Shown one piece after another: positions 10,157 to 18,182 of a stretch of DNA of 20,577 bases. The notes under the pieces are model-generated. The model ran no database searches and had not been told where the DNA came from. It saw nothing but the letters and a program-made list of their open reading frames with translations. Source of the DNA: an uncultured Deferribacteres bacterium (GTDB lineage Bacteria; Zhuqueibacterota; Zhuqueibacteria; Zhuqueibacterales; Geothermadaptataceae); assembly GCA_964014485.1 (NCBI GenBank), contig CAXHAT010000147.1, positions 1-20,577 on the forward strand. Direction: 5' to 3'. Position numbers and translations under genes: made by a program. The stretch's first letter is position 1, and each line of letters starts with the position of its first letter.

Positions 10157-11092
10157 ATGAAACCCGCAAAGCTGTTTTTGGTCGTAACCTTCTCACTTCT
10201 GATTTTCGCTTGTCAGAACAACACGACGATCCAGCCCGGCGACGACGATACCGTCACACTTATTATTAATAAAGGGGTCAGCAATCCTTTTAGCCCGGAC
10301 GCGCTTGCCGGCGAAATTACCGACGACGATTATTTTGCATTTATGTGGGTGGCGCACACGAAAGGCCAGAATAAGGAAGTGCCATTGCCCGGCGGCGGTG
10401 GATGGGGCGGCGTTTATAATGACGTGCTCATTCAGCTCTGGAGCGTGAATGAGCGCGAAAATTATACTTTCGCCGATTTGGGCGATGTGAGCCTCGGCGG
10501 CGACGCGATTCCTGTTTGGGGCGACGGCGGCATTGTAAAATACGAGATTGGCGGCGAATTGCGCGAGTTGACCAATTACTACCAAGTGATTCGAGACGGG
10601 AGTGACGATGATCCGCCGTTTACCGGCGCCAGCGTTTTTTCGATTTCCGGTTCGCCGGACGTACAAGACGTTTCTCAGGAGTTGGCGCTGCCGCAAAAAA
10701 ATATTATTACCAACGTATCGATGGAAGAAGTCGTCGATCCTAACGAAGATTGGGTGATCGAATTTAAACATCCAATTTCGCCGGAAGACGAAGGACTCTT
10801 GCTTTTTGAACGCAACCTGGCGTTCCTTGAAAATTCGTGGGAAAATCAGTTTGAAGGCGTCAGTCACGTCATCATTCAAGCCGCTGAAGTGGCGAATTCG
10901 ATCACGATTCCGAGTTCGGAGCTCCAGGCTTTGCAGCAAAACAGCTCCACCGATCTCTTCATGATTCAACTCACGCTCAAGCCTCAAAAAATCGCGGAAA
11001 TTCCTTTGCTTAACCACGACGGCTCGACCAAAGAAAGCCTGACCGTCGCTTCCTATGTTACACACACGATAGACTTCAGATTTCAAGAGTAA
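10157..11092 (+). CDS. Lipoprotein of unknown function (acidic, beta-rich)
   Basis: GGAGG at 10145-10149 fits ATG 10157 (10154 is an alternative). MKPAKLFLVVTFSLLIFA-C is a signal peptide II lipobox. Mature part is Asp/Glu-rich. Confidence 0.8.
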   Translation: MKPAKLFLVVTFSLLIFACQNNTTIQPGDDDTVTLIINKGVSNPFSPDALAGEITDDDYFAFMWVAHTKGQNKEVPLPGGGGWGGVYNDVLIQLWSVNERENYTFADLGDVSLGGDAIPVWGDGGIVKYEIGGELRELTNYYQVIRDGSDDDPPFTGASVFSISGSPDVQDVSQELALPQKNIITNVSMEEVVDPNEDWVIEFKHPISPEDEGLLLFERNLAFLENSWENQFEGVSHVIIQAAEVANSITIPSSELQALQQNSSTDLFMIQLTLKPQKIAEIPLLNHDGSTKESLTVASYVTHTIDFRFQE

Positions 11093-11121
11093 TCAATCTG
11101 CTGCCTCTAGCTTAAACGAAA

Positions 11122-11214
11122 CGTGTTTGGTGAATCCCGTCTTGTTGCTCTGAAAAATCGCAGTTTGGCGAAACAGAGTCTTGAAGGGTTTTCTGAACAC
11201 GCCGTGAATACGGC
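11122..11214 (+). other. Intergenic structured RNA-like hairpins before the activator start codon
   Basis: CGTGTTTGGTGAATCCC pairs with GGGTTTTCTGAACACG (with G-U pairs); inner pairs GCTCTG/CAGAGT and TCGC/GCGA. A second hairpin GCCGT-GAAT-ACGGC abuts ATG 11215. Confidence 0.45.
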
Positions 11215-13455
11215 ATGAAGAGAAAAATTGCCTCCAGGTTACTGTCTTTCCTTGTTTTTTGGGTTATCCTTATACAGGAAGAAGCGTTCGCGCAAGAAAC
11301 GCCGCTAAACTACATTGCGATCCGGGAAAGCGATGTTAAAAATCTTGGCGGCTGGCCGTTGGATCGCAAGTGGTACGCGATTGCTTTGGAAAATCTATTC
11401 GCGAACGGCGCCGACAGGATTTTCATCGACTTGGCGTTTTCAGACGCGGATATTTCTCACCCCGAATCCGACCGCCTGTTTTTCGAGACTTTGCTCGGCT
11501 TCCCGAAGGCTTTCCTTCTGACCGCCCCCGATGATTTTGCCGCCGACAGCATCAAAGTCCTTGGCAATTTCTCACTCCCCGCCAAGCGATTTTTTGCGCC
11601 CTTCGCCGCCTCATTTCAATTGAAGCGGAATCGCCTCATTTCGAAGGATGACGCTCAAGGCTCTTTCGCTAAGCGTCTTCTTGAGAAAAGCCAGACAGGC
11701 GGGCGACTCGTGGCTTTCCCGGAGTCGGCGCCCGCCTCAAAACTTAGCTTTGTCGAGGTCGTCAAAAATAAAATTCAGAACATCGACGGAGACGTTGTTG
11801 TTGGATTAGAATTGCCGGGAAGATCGTCTTACATCGCCGGTTCGGAAACCCGGGATTTGGTTTCCAGCACTGCGCTGCAAGTCTGGGCGGTGCGACAAAT
11901 TCGTGCCGGTGAATTCGGTTTTTATTGGTCAAGCTGGCGGATTTTCGCCGTTTTTTGTCTGAGCTTGCTGCCTGCGCTGGGCGCATTTTTTTTCAGGAAA
12001 AAAGCATTCTTTTTCCTGTTCGCGGTCGTCGCGGTGATCGTCATTTTTGCTGCATTGAATTTTGCGCGTATCTACGTTTCCCCACTCTGGCTTTTGCTTG
12101 TTTTGATTCCACTGGGCGCGATGCTTTGGCAAATCTCCAAAAACCGAACAACCATAAATTCCGCCTTCGCCGCAAGCAACGATCAAGAGAAGAAGCAGAC
12201 CGCTCCCTCGCAGAACAAGGAAGTCCGTGAACTGCGTGAACGTTTGCAGTTTTATGAGCACTTGACCAGTCACGACGCGCCTTTGCCAAAACCGGAAGCG
12301 AACGGGCTTTATTTTCACCCCAAATCACCGCTTGTCGGCGTGCTGCAAAAAGCCAAACAAATTGCCGAAGCAAAAACCTCGGTTTTGATTTTGGGTGAGT
12401 CAGGCGTCGGCAAAGAAAGAATTGCGCAATTCATCCACGAAAATTCAATCGTTGCGGAGGGGCCGTTCGTCGCCGTCAACTGCGCGGCTTTTAACGAAAA
12501 CCTGATCGAGTCGGAGCTTTTTGGCTATGAGCCGGGCGCTTTTACCGGCGCTACAAAACAAAAACCCGGGCGTTTTGAACTGGCGGACGGCGGGACGCTT
12601 TTTCTCGACGAGATTGCGGAAACCAGCCCGGCGTTTCAGGCGAAGTTGTTGCGCGTGCTGCAGGAAGGTGCGTTTGAGCGCGTTGGAGGCGTTCAACAAA
12701 TTCGTGTTTCCGTTCGAATTGTCGCGGCCACGCACCACGATCTCGAGCAAGAAGTCGCTGAAAAAAAATTTCGGGAAGACTTGTACTATCGTCTGGCTGG
12801 ATACTTGCTTACCGTGCCGCCGCTTAGGGAGCGCCCGATGGACGCAGCTACGCTCTTCAAAGCTTTTGCCGCTGAAGCTGACAAGAAAATCAAGCTTTCC
12901 GATTCCATTGCTTCCTGGGTCGGCCAGCAAAAGTGGCCTGGGAATGTTCGCGAACTGCGCTCGGCGACGGAGCGCGCGATTCTAAACGCTTCGCTTAAAA
13001 AACGCCATTTTCTTTTGCCCGAAGATTTTGAATTGTCAGCGCCGGTCACAACTCCGGAAACGCCAAAAGACGATCTTGCAACACAGATTTTGGTGAAGCT
13101 GCGTGAACATCAATTTCGCCATCGCTCGGTTTCCGAGACGGCGCGCGATCTCGGAATCCACAGGGTCACGGTCACGGAATATCAACGCGGCTTGATTGCA
13201 AAATTCTATGCAGAACAAAATCTGGAGGTGGAAAAAACATTGGCGGCGATTCGTGGCGATGCAACCATCGCCGATGAAGCGCAGTTCAAAAAACGCATCT
13301 CGGGCTACATCGCATCTCTTCACCAAAAAATCGAGGACGGCGTGAAGACTGGAGAATCAGATGTTGAAATCAGGCTTCAGCGTTTTAAAAGTCTGCCCGG
13401 CTATTTCGAAACCGCTTTTGATCATTTGATCAAACAGATTCGAACCCTGACTTAA
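11215..13455 (+). CDS. Membrane-anchored sigma54-dependent activator: CHASE2-like sensor + 3 TM + AAA+ + HTH
   Basis: Signal/TM N-terminus; CHASE2-like IAIRESDVKNLGGWPLDR..GADRIFIDLAFS; three TM helices; Walker A GESGVGKE; ESELFGYEPGAFTGA; Walker B FLDEI; FREDLYYRL; WPGNVREL; HTH SVSETARDLGIHRVTV; extra C-terminal helical tail of about 90 aa. Confidence 0.9.
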   Translation: MKRKIASRLLSFLVFWVILIQEEAFAQETPLNYIAIRESDVKNLGGWPLDRKWYAIALENLFANGADRIFIDLAFSDADISHPESDRLFFETLLGFPKAFLLTAPDDFAADSIKVLGNFSLPAKRFFAPFAASFQLKRNRLISKDDAQGSFAKRLLEKSQTGGRLVAFPESAPASKLSFVEVVKNKIQNIDGDVVVGLELPGRSSYIAGSETRDLVSSTALQVWAVRQIRAGEFGFYWSSWRIFAVFCLSLLPALGAFFFRKKAFFFLFAVVAVIVIFAALNFARIYVSPLWLLLVLIPLGAMLWQISKNRTTINSAFAASNDQEKKQTAPSQNKEVRELRERLQFYEHLTSHDAPLPKPEANGLYFHPKSPLVGVLQKAKQIAEAKTSVLILGESGVGKERIAQFIHENSIVAEGPFVAVNCAAFNENLIESELFGYEPGAFTGATKQKPGRFELADGGTLFLDEIAETSPAFQAKLLRVLQEGAFERVGGVQQIRVSVRIVAATHHDLEQEVAEKKFREDLYYRLAGYLLTVPPLRERPMDAATLFKAFAAEADKKIKLSDSIASWVGQQKWPGNVRELRSATERAILNASLKKRHFLLPEDFELSAPVTTPETPKDDLATQILVKLREHQFRHRSVSETARDLGIHRVTVTEYQRGLIAKFYAEQNLEVEKTLAAIRGDATIADEAQFKKRISGYIASLHQKIEDGVKTGESDVEIRLQRFKSLPGYFETAFDHLIKQIRTLT

Positions 13456-13494
13456 CGCATTTTCAGTTTATTCTTTCGTTAAAAAGCTTGCTGA

Positions 13495-15504
13495 ATGAAA
13501 CCGTTGAAAAAACACTATCGTTTGTTCGCGACAATCACGACGGTCTTTTTCTCCGCATGCCGCCTTTCCGCTCAATTCGTGCCAGAGATTTCGAAAGCCG
13601 GGTGGCGCGCCGTGATTCTGGCAAAAGCGGCGCATGCGACGCACGGCGCTGATTATTTAAACGGAACCTTCATTCTCCGCCGACAAACGGAGACATTCAA
13701 TTTTGGCCTTCGTCTCGAACCCAACCCGTCGCAGCAATTCACATTTTTACCGGGTCGCCTGATCATCAAAACTGCTGACAGCGACGTCACGTTTGCTGAC
13801 AATGAAAATTTGAAAGCGCGTCCTGAGTTTTTTGGCGTTAACAAACCGGCCAGCGTTTTTGGCTGGCTAAAAAAACACGAATTTGAATTTGACGCGGGTC
13901 TGACGCTCATTACGCAAAATGCACGATTTGACACCGCCGATGTACAAACGCTGCGCGATTCATTATATTTTGTTGATTGGCGAACGGTCAAGCAAAACGC
14001 CAATCAATTCTTGCTCTCCGCCTCGCTTGCACAACAGTGGAAAAACTTCAGGATAAGCGCCGGGGTTCTCGCGTTGCCGATTTATCAAAACAATTCTTCC
14101 GTGGTCAAGCGCGGTCGCAATTTTAAAGCGCAGGGCGTTTTTGGGCTGGCTTGGCGGGCAGATCAGTTTTCCGCGAGCGCGACGGCAACAGGGTCTGATC
14201 TGGGTTTGAGTTTTCAAAAAACGCTTGGGCGCACAAACGTTCATGGCGCAGGCACAACCTTGGCAATGCATTTTCAGCGAGGGATTGGCGGTTTTCTGTA
14301 TAACGCGGGGGCATTGCATTTGTCGGCTCCCCTTTCAGATCGAATTCGAGGCTTGATAAGCGTCCAACACGTTCATTCGCCAAATTCCATTACAACAATC
14401 GATACGTTTGAAAACTGGCTGGCGTCAAACGTCTACACGCCGCAGAATTCAGCGGACCTAAATCTTCCCAAAACAGCCGTTGCGTTTGGCGTTGAAATTA
14501 ATTTGAGTCAGGTAACCAAACCGCCGATAGAATTGCTGGATTTTCAACTTGTTCAGCACGAAATATTTTTTTCCAAACGCGCCGTTTACGCGGCAAATCC
14601 GATAGCTCTGGCAACTGTCGTCAATCGTTCGCGGCACGAAGTCAATTTTCATTTAAACGCTGAAACAATGTATGATGCGGGCGATTTCCGTTCGGAGAGA
14701 TTGTCGTTGGAGCCGCGTGAGAAGCGAGCGATTCCGATCTATCTTCATCTCAACCGGTCAAGGAACGTTGCAGCGCCTCTTGCTGATCGCCTCGAGATTT
14801 CAGCGAGAATGGACAAGATCTCAATCGCATTAGCGGACGCGCCGCTGACGGTTTACGGCAAGAATGCGTGGAGTGGAAAAACGTGGGAGTTGAAGTTTTT
14901 TGCCTCACCGGAAGACCCGATCATAAAAAACGAGGCAAAAAAAGCTTATCTCTCCGCACTTGCCGTTGGCAGCGAGCACCATGATGAGCAAAAGCTTCGC
15001 TTTAAACGACTCGCGTCTTTCCTTGACAATCTGGGCGGAAGACTGAATTATGTTCCGGATCCAATCACGACCATTGAGATCGACAACGTGCAATTCCCAG
15101 GAGAAACTTTGATGAAAGGCGGCGGCGATTGCGAAGATTTGACGGTTTGTCTCGCATCAGCGCTGGGCGCCGTTGGTTACGCAACCGCCGTTGTCGACGT
15201 CCGCCCGCCTGCAAGCGACAATTTGCGAATTCCGCGCGCCAGTCCCGCATCGATAGGCCATGTTTTCTTGTTGATTGATACCGGGATTTCGCCGGAACAC
15301 GCCGAAATTTTGGACTTGACGGAATTTCAGGCGATTACGCGCACAAGCCGCTCCGGCGTTCCGACGATCTGGCTGCCGATTGAAACCTCCGTTATCAACA
15401 AAGGCTTTGAAGCGGCGTTCAGTGAAGGCGTGAAAATTTATTATCAGGAAGTTTTTGAAAATAACGGCATTGAAAAAGGCAGGATTCATGTTTACGATTT
15501 TTAA
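13495..15504 (+). CDS. Exported protein: beta-rich (possible OM barrel) N-half, Ig-like segment, C-terminal transglutaminase-like domain
   Basis: Signal peptide ending RLSA-Q; amphipathic strands (EFEFDAGLTL, FRISAGV, VAFGVEINL); C-terminal LNYVPDP..VQFPGETL..GGGDCEDL..GHVFLLIDTG..WLPIETS, giving a Cys-His-acid arrangement. Confidence 0.7.
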   Translation: MKPLKKHYRLFATITTVFFSACRLSAQFVPEISKAGWRAVILAKAAHATHGADYLNGTFILRRQTETFNFGLRLEPNPSQQFTFLPGRLIIKTADSDVTFADNENLKARPEFFGVNKPASVFGWLKKHEFEFDAGLTLITQNARFDTADVQTLRDSLYFVDWRTVKQNANQFLLSASLAQQWKNFRISAGVLALPIYQNNSSVVKRGRNFKAQGVFGLAWRADQFSASATATGSDLGLSFQKTLGRTNVHGAGTTLAMHFQRGIGGFLYNAGALHLSAPLSDRIRGLISVQHVHSPNSITTIDTFENWLASNVYTPQNSADLNLPKTAVAFGVEINLSQVTKPPIELLDFQLVQHEIFFSKRAVYAANPIALATVVNRSRHEVNFHLNAETMYDAGDFRSERLSLEPREKRAIPIYLHLNRSRNVAAPLADRLEISARMDKISIALADAPLTVYGKNAWSGKTWELKFFASPEDPIIKNEAKKAYLSALAVGSEHHDEQKLRFKRLASFLDNLGGRLNYVPDPITTIEIDNVQFPGETLMKGGGDCEDLTVCLASALGAVGYATAVVDVRPPASDNLRIPRASPASIGHVFLLIDTGISPEHAEILDLTEFQAITRTSRSGVPTIWLPIETSVINKGFEAAFSEGVKIYYQEVFENNGIEKGRIHVYDF

Positions 15505-15550
15505 AAAACCAAACATTGGGCGCTTAATATATGCCCGGAGCCTTCTTTTC

Positions 15551-15644
15551 TTGTCATTCCGAAGGAATCTTTTTAGGTCACAAGGAAAAGACGTTTTTTC
15601 AGCCTCGGACCTAAGGTTTAAAAAAGATGCTTCCAGCATGACAA
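15551..15644. repeat. TGTCAT...ATGACA-tagged (CGTC-type REP/MITE-like) palindromic element
   Basis: Left arm TTGTCATTCCGAAGGAATCTTTTT matches the reverse complement of the right arm (TTGTCATGCTGGAAGCATCTTTTT) at 19 of 24 positions. Inner pair TTAGGTC/GACCTAA. Confidence 0.7.
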
Positions 15645-15667
15645 TTGGGGGCTTTCTATGCACGCTC

Positions 15668-16366
15668 TTGTGGCGGTTCCTTGCAATTTGCTTTATTACG
15701 ATTCTCGGCTTTCAAGATGGCCAAGCGCAAACGGCTTGGGTGAAGATCGATTCCGGTGCAGCGCTTTATCTCAATCCGTTGACTTCCGAGTGGGTTCCGA
15801 TTGACGGCAAGGAAAAGATTCCTTTGAAGACTTTTCTGCTGACCAAGCCAAAAGCTTCGTCAATGCTTTTCGTCGAAACCGAAGTTATCACATTGCCGGA
15901 AAACGCTTATTTTTATTTGGAAGACGCGCTGCCGCGCCGTCAAACGCAGATTGTTGCAGCGCTCACACGGATCGAAGCGGAACAATTGCCGGAGAACGTT
16001 TCCGAGCCGGACAGCAGCGCCCGCCGCCGATTCGGCTTGACTTACGGGAGAAAAGCCAAAACGGCCGTGGAACAAAAAACCATCCCGTTTGAGCAGGAAC
16101 GGCTGCGCGCCGTTGACTGGTTTTACGCTCAAAATCGTCCGGACGCCAGCGTGGTCTGCCTGAAACGCATGCTGGCCAAATATCCTGCGCTTTATCACAA
16201 CGCAAGCTATGTTGAACGCCTGTTCTCACTCTACGAAAAACTGGAATTGTACGGCTTTTTGCTGGACGAGTCCCGTCGATTAACGCAAAGCGCGAGAATG
16301 GGAGAGTTGGCTAAAAAATGGCAGAGTATTGCACGAGAGCGGTTGGCGCAAATCAGGAAAAAATGA
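15668..16366 (+). CDS. Exported protein with FecR-like N-terminal domain and C-terminal TPR-like helices
   Basis: TTG 15668 gives a clean signal peptide (MWRFLAICFITILGFQDGQA-Q); the exact start is uncertain. AWVKIDSG..EWVPI..FLLTKPKASSML..ITLPENAYFYL resembles the FecR pattern. The C-terminus (AVDWFYAQNRPDASVVCLKRMLAKYP) looks TPR-like. Confidence 0.6.
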   Translation: MWRFLAICFITILGFQDGQAQTAWVKIDSGAALYLNPLTSEWVPIDGKEKIPLKTFLLTKPKASSMLFVETEVITLPENAYFYLEDALPRRQTQIVAALTRIEAEQLPENVSEPDSSARRRFGLTYGRKAKTAVEQKTIPFEQERLRAVDWFYAQNRPDASVVCLKRMLAKYPALYHNASYVERLFSLYEKLELYGFLLDESRRLTQSARMGELAKKWQSIARERLAQIRKK

Positions 16367-16408
16367 CCCTGGAAATTAGGCGCTCAAGGCATCAAGCTTC
16401 GGTAGCAA

Positions 16409-16480
16409 AGAGTGATGAAATGCTGGATTTTTGGAAACGGCAACCGTCAACACTCCATTAATCCAATATTCCATCAATCC
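16409..16480. repeat. Inverted arrays of degenerate 8-bp tandem repeats between convergent genes
   Basis: Right array AACACTCC-ATTAATCC-AATATTCC-ATCAATCC (16449-16480). Left array is complementary-like: AGAGTGAT-GAAATGCT-GGATTTTT-GGAAACGG (16409-16440). Confidence 0.6.
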
Positions 16481-16485
16481 CATGC

Positions 16486-18114
16486 TTAAACGCTCAAATC
16501 AGCCTGCTGCAGAAACTTGGGCGTTTTGCGGTGGTTGGTTGCTTGTTCGAAGGCGTAGGTCAATTTCAGCAGCGTTGGTTCGCTCCAAGGACCGGCAAAG
16601 AATGAAATGCCGACCGGCAAACCAAAAATTTGTCCCGCCGGAACCGTGATGTTCGTGTAGCCGGAGCGTGCCGCTGGAGACGAGCTGCCGCCGCCAAAAT
16701 GGTCGCCGTTGATGAGATCGATTGGCCAGGCCGGGCCGCCGGTCGGCGCGACGATGGCGTCGAGGTTGTGCTCTTTCATCGTAGCGTCAATGCCTTCTTC
16801 GCGCGACAGACGCAGTATTTTGGCCAGCGCGTCCTGGTACTCCTTGTCCGTCAACGGGCCTTTTTCTTGCGCTTGAATGTGAATTTCCTGCTCGAAATAC
16901 GGCATCTCGCGGTCGCGATTGTCTTCGTTGAATTTAATCACATCTTCCAGCGTTTTGACCCGAGCATTCGGCAATCCCGCCAGATATTTGTTGAGATCAG
17001 CCTTAAATTCGTAAAGTAAAACATCAAAGCCGGAACGCCCGTACTCGCGCGAGTTTTTGATGCTGGCGTCATCGATGATTTCCGCACCTGCGCTTTTGAT
17101 TGCGGCAATCGCATCTTCCATCACCTTGTCGACTTTTTCATGAAAACCCATAAAATTGCGCGCCACGCCGATTCTCGCTCCTTGCAACCCGTTCTTGTCG
17201 AGGAATTGCGTGTAATCGATCTGTGAATTGCCTTGGCTCGCCGAAGTTGCTTCATCGCGGGAGTCGACGCCGGTCAAAGCGCCCAGCAAAACTGCAGCGT
17301 CGGTCACGGTTCTTGCCATTGGGCCCGCCGTGTCTTGCGTGTGCGCGATGGGAATTATACCAGAGCGACTCACCAGGCCGACGGTCGGCTTGATGCCGAC
17401 AAGTCCGTTGGCCGAAGAAGGACAAACGACCGAGCCGTTGGTTTCGGTGCCGATGGCAATGGCGCACAGATTCGCCGCCGCCGCCGCACCGGAGCCGGAA
17501 CTGGAGCCGCACGGATTGCGATCCAAAGCGTAGGGATTTTTGGTTTGCCCGCCGCGTCCGCTCCAGCCGCTGGATGAGCGCGTTGAGCGGAAGTTCGCCC
17601 ATTCGCTCAAATTGGCTTTGGCCAAAATAACCGCGCCGGCCTCACGCAGCTTTTGAGCGACGAACGAATCCTGCGGTGCTATCGAGCCTTCCAAGGCAAG
17701 CGATCCGGCGGTGGTCATCATTTTATCCGCCGTGTCAATGTTGTCTTTGATGATGATTGGGACGCCGTGCAGCGGGCCGCGGACGTTGCCGTCCTTACGT
17801 TCCTGGTCCAGTTGTTCGGCAATCGCAACTGCATCCGGATTGACTTCGATGATCGCATTAACGGCGGGGCCTTGCTTGTCAATTTCTTCGATGCGACCGA
17901 GGTACATCTCGGTGATTTTTTTCGCGGTGTATTTTCCCGAGGCCATGCCTTCCTGCAATTGCGAAACGGTGATTTCATCCAATTCAAAAGCTTCCGGCGG
18001 CTTGTAACCGCCACCCGATCCGCTTCCGCCGCCTGGTTGGCAGCCGACTATTCCGGTGGTTGCTGCGACTGCTCCGGTAGCGGCAGCGCTTTGTAAAAAT
18101 GTTCTACGTTTCAT
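16486..18114 (-). CDS. Amidase-signature family enzyme (peptide amidase-like), Tat-exported, probably lipidated
   Basis: MKRRTFLQ twin-arginine signal followed by IVG-C; LHGVPIIIKDN (catalytic Lys), PCGSSSGSG, IGTETNGSVVCPS, GLVGIKPT. AAGGAG RBS. Confidence 0.93.
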   Translation of the reverse strand: MKRRTFLQSAAATGAVAATTGIVGCQPGGGSGSGGGYKPPEAFELDEITVSQLQEGMASGKYTAKKITEMYLGRIEEIDKQGPAVNAIIEVNPDAVAIAEQLDQERKDGNVRGPLHGVPIIIKDNIDTADKMMTTAGSLALEGSIAPQDSFVAQKLREAGAVILAKANLSEWANFRSTRSSSGWSGRGGQTKNPYALDRNPCGSSSGSGAAAAANLCAIAIGTETNGSVVCPSSANGLVGIKPTVGLVSRSGIIPIAHTQDTAGPMARTVTDAAVLLGALTGVDSRDEATSASQGNSQIDYTQFLDKNGLQGARIGVARNFMGFHEKVDKVMEDAIAAIKSAGAEIIDDASIKNSREYGRSGFDVLLYEFKADLNKYLAGLPNARVKTLEDVIKFNEDNRDREMPYFEQEIHIQAQEKGPLTDKEYQDALAKILRLSREEGIDATMKEHNLDAIVAPTGGPAWPIDLINGDHFGGGSSSPAARSGYTNITVPAGQIFGLPVGISFFAGPWSEPTLLKLTYAFEQATNHRKTPKFLQQADLSV

Positions 18115-18146
18115 TTCTCCGCTCCTTTTTGCATAATTCTTCGCTT

Positions 18147-18174
18147 GTAGAGGCGCGATGCATCACGTCTCTAT
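18147..18174. repeat. GTAG-family REP palindrome
   Basis: GTAGAGGCGCGATGCATCACGTCTCTAT is a near-palindrome of the GTAGAGACG-CGATGCATCG-CGTCTCTAC type. Confidence 0.75.
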
Positions 18175-18182
18175 CCAAAAAT

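Noticed and set aside
10193..11086. 297-aa antisense ORF over the lipoprotein gene
   Set aside because: Codon-register shadow of the plus-strand gene, which has the RBS and lipobox; no recognisable motifs.
15455..15667. N-terminal extension of the 303-aa ORF
   Set aside because: Overlaps the upstream gene, runs through a palindromic repeat, and precedes a clear signal peptide.
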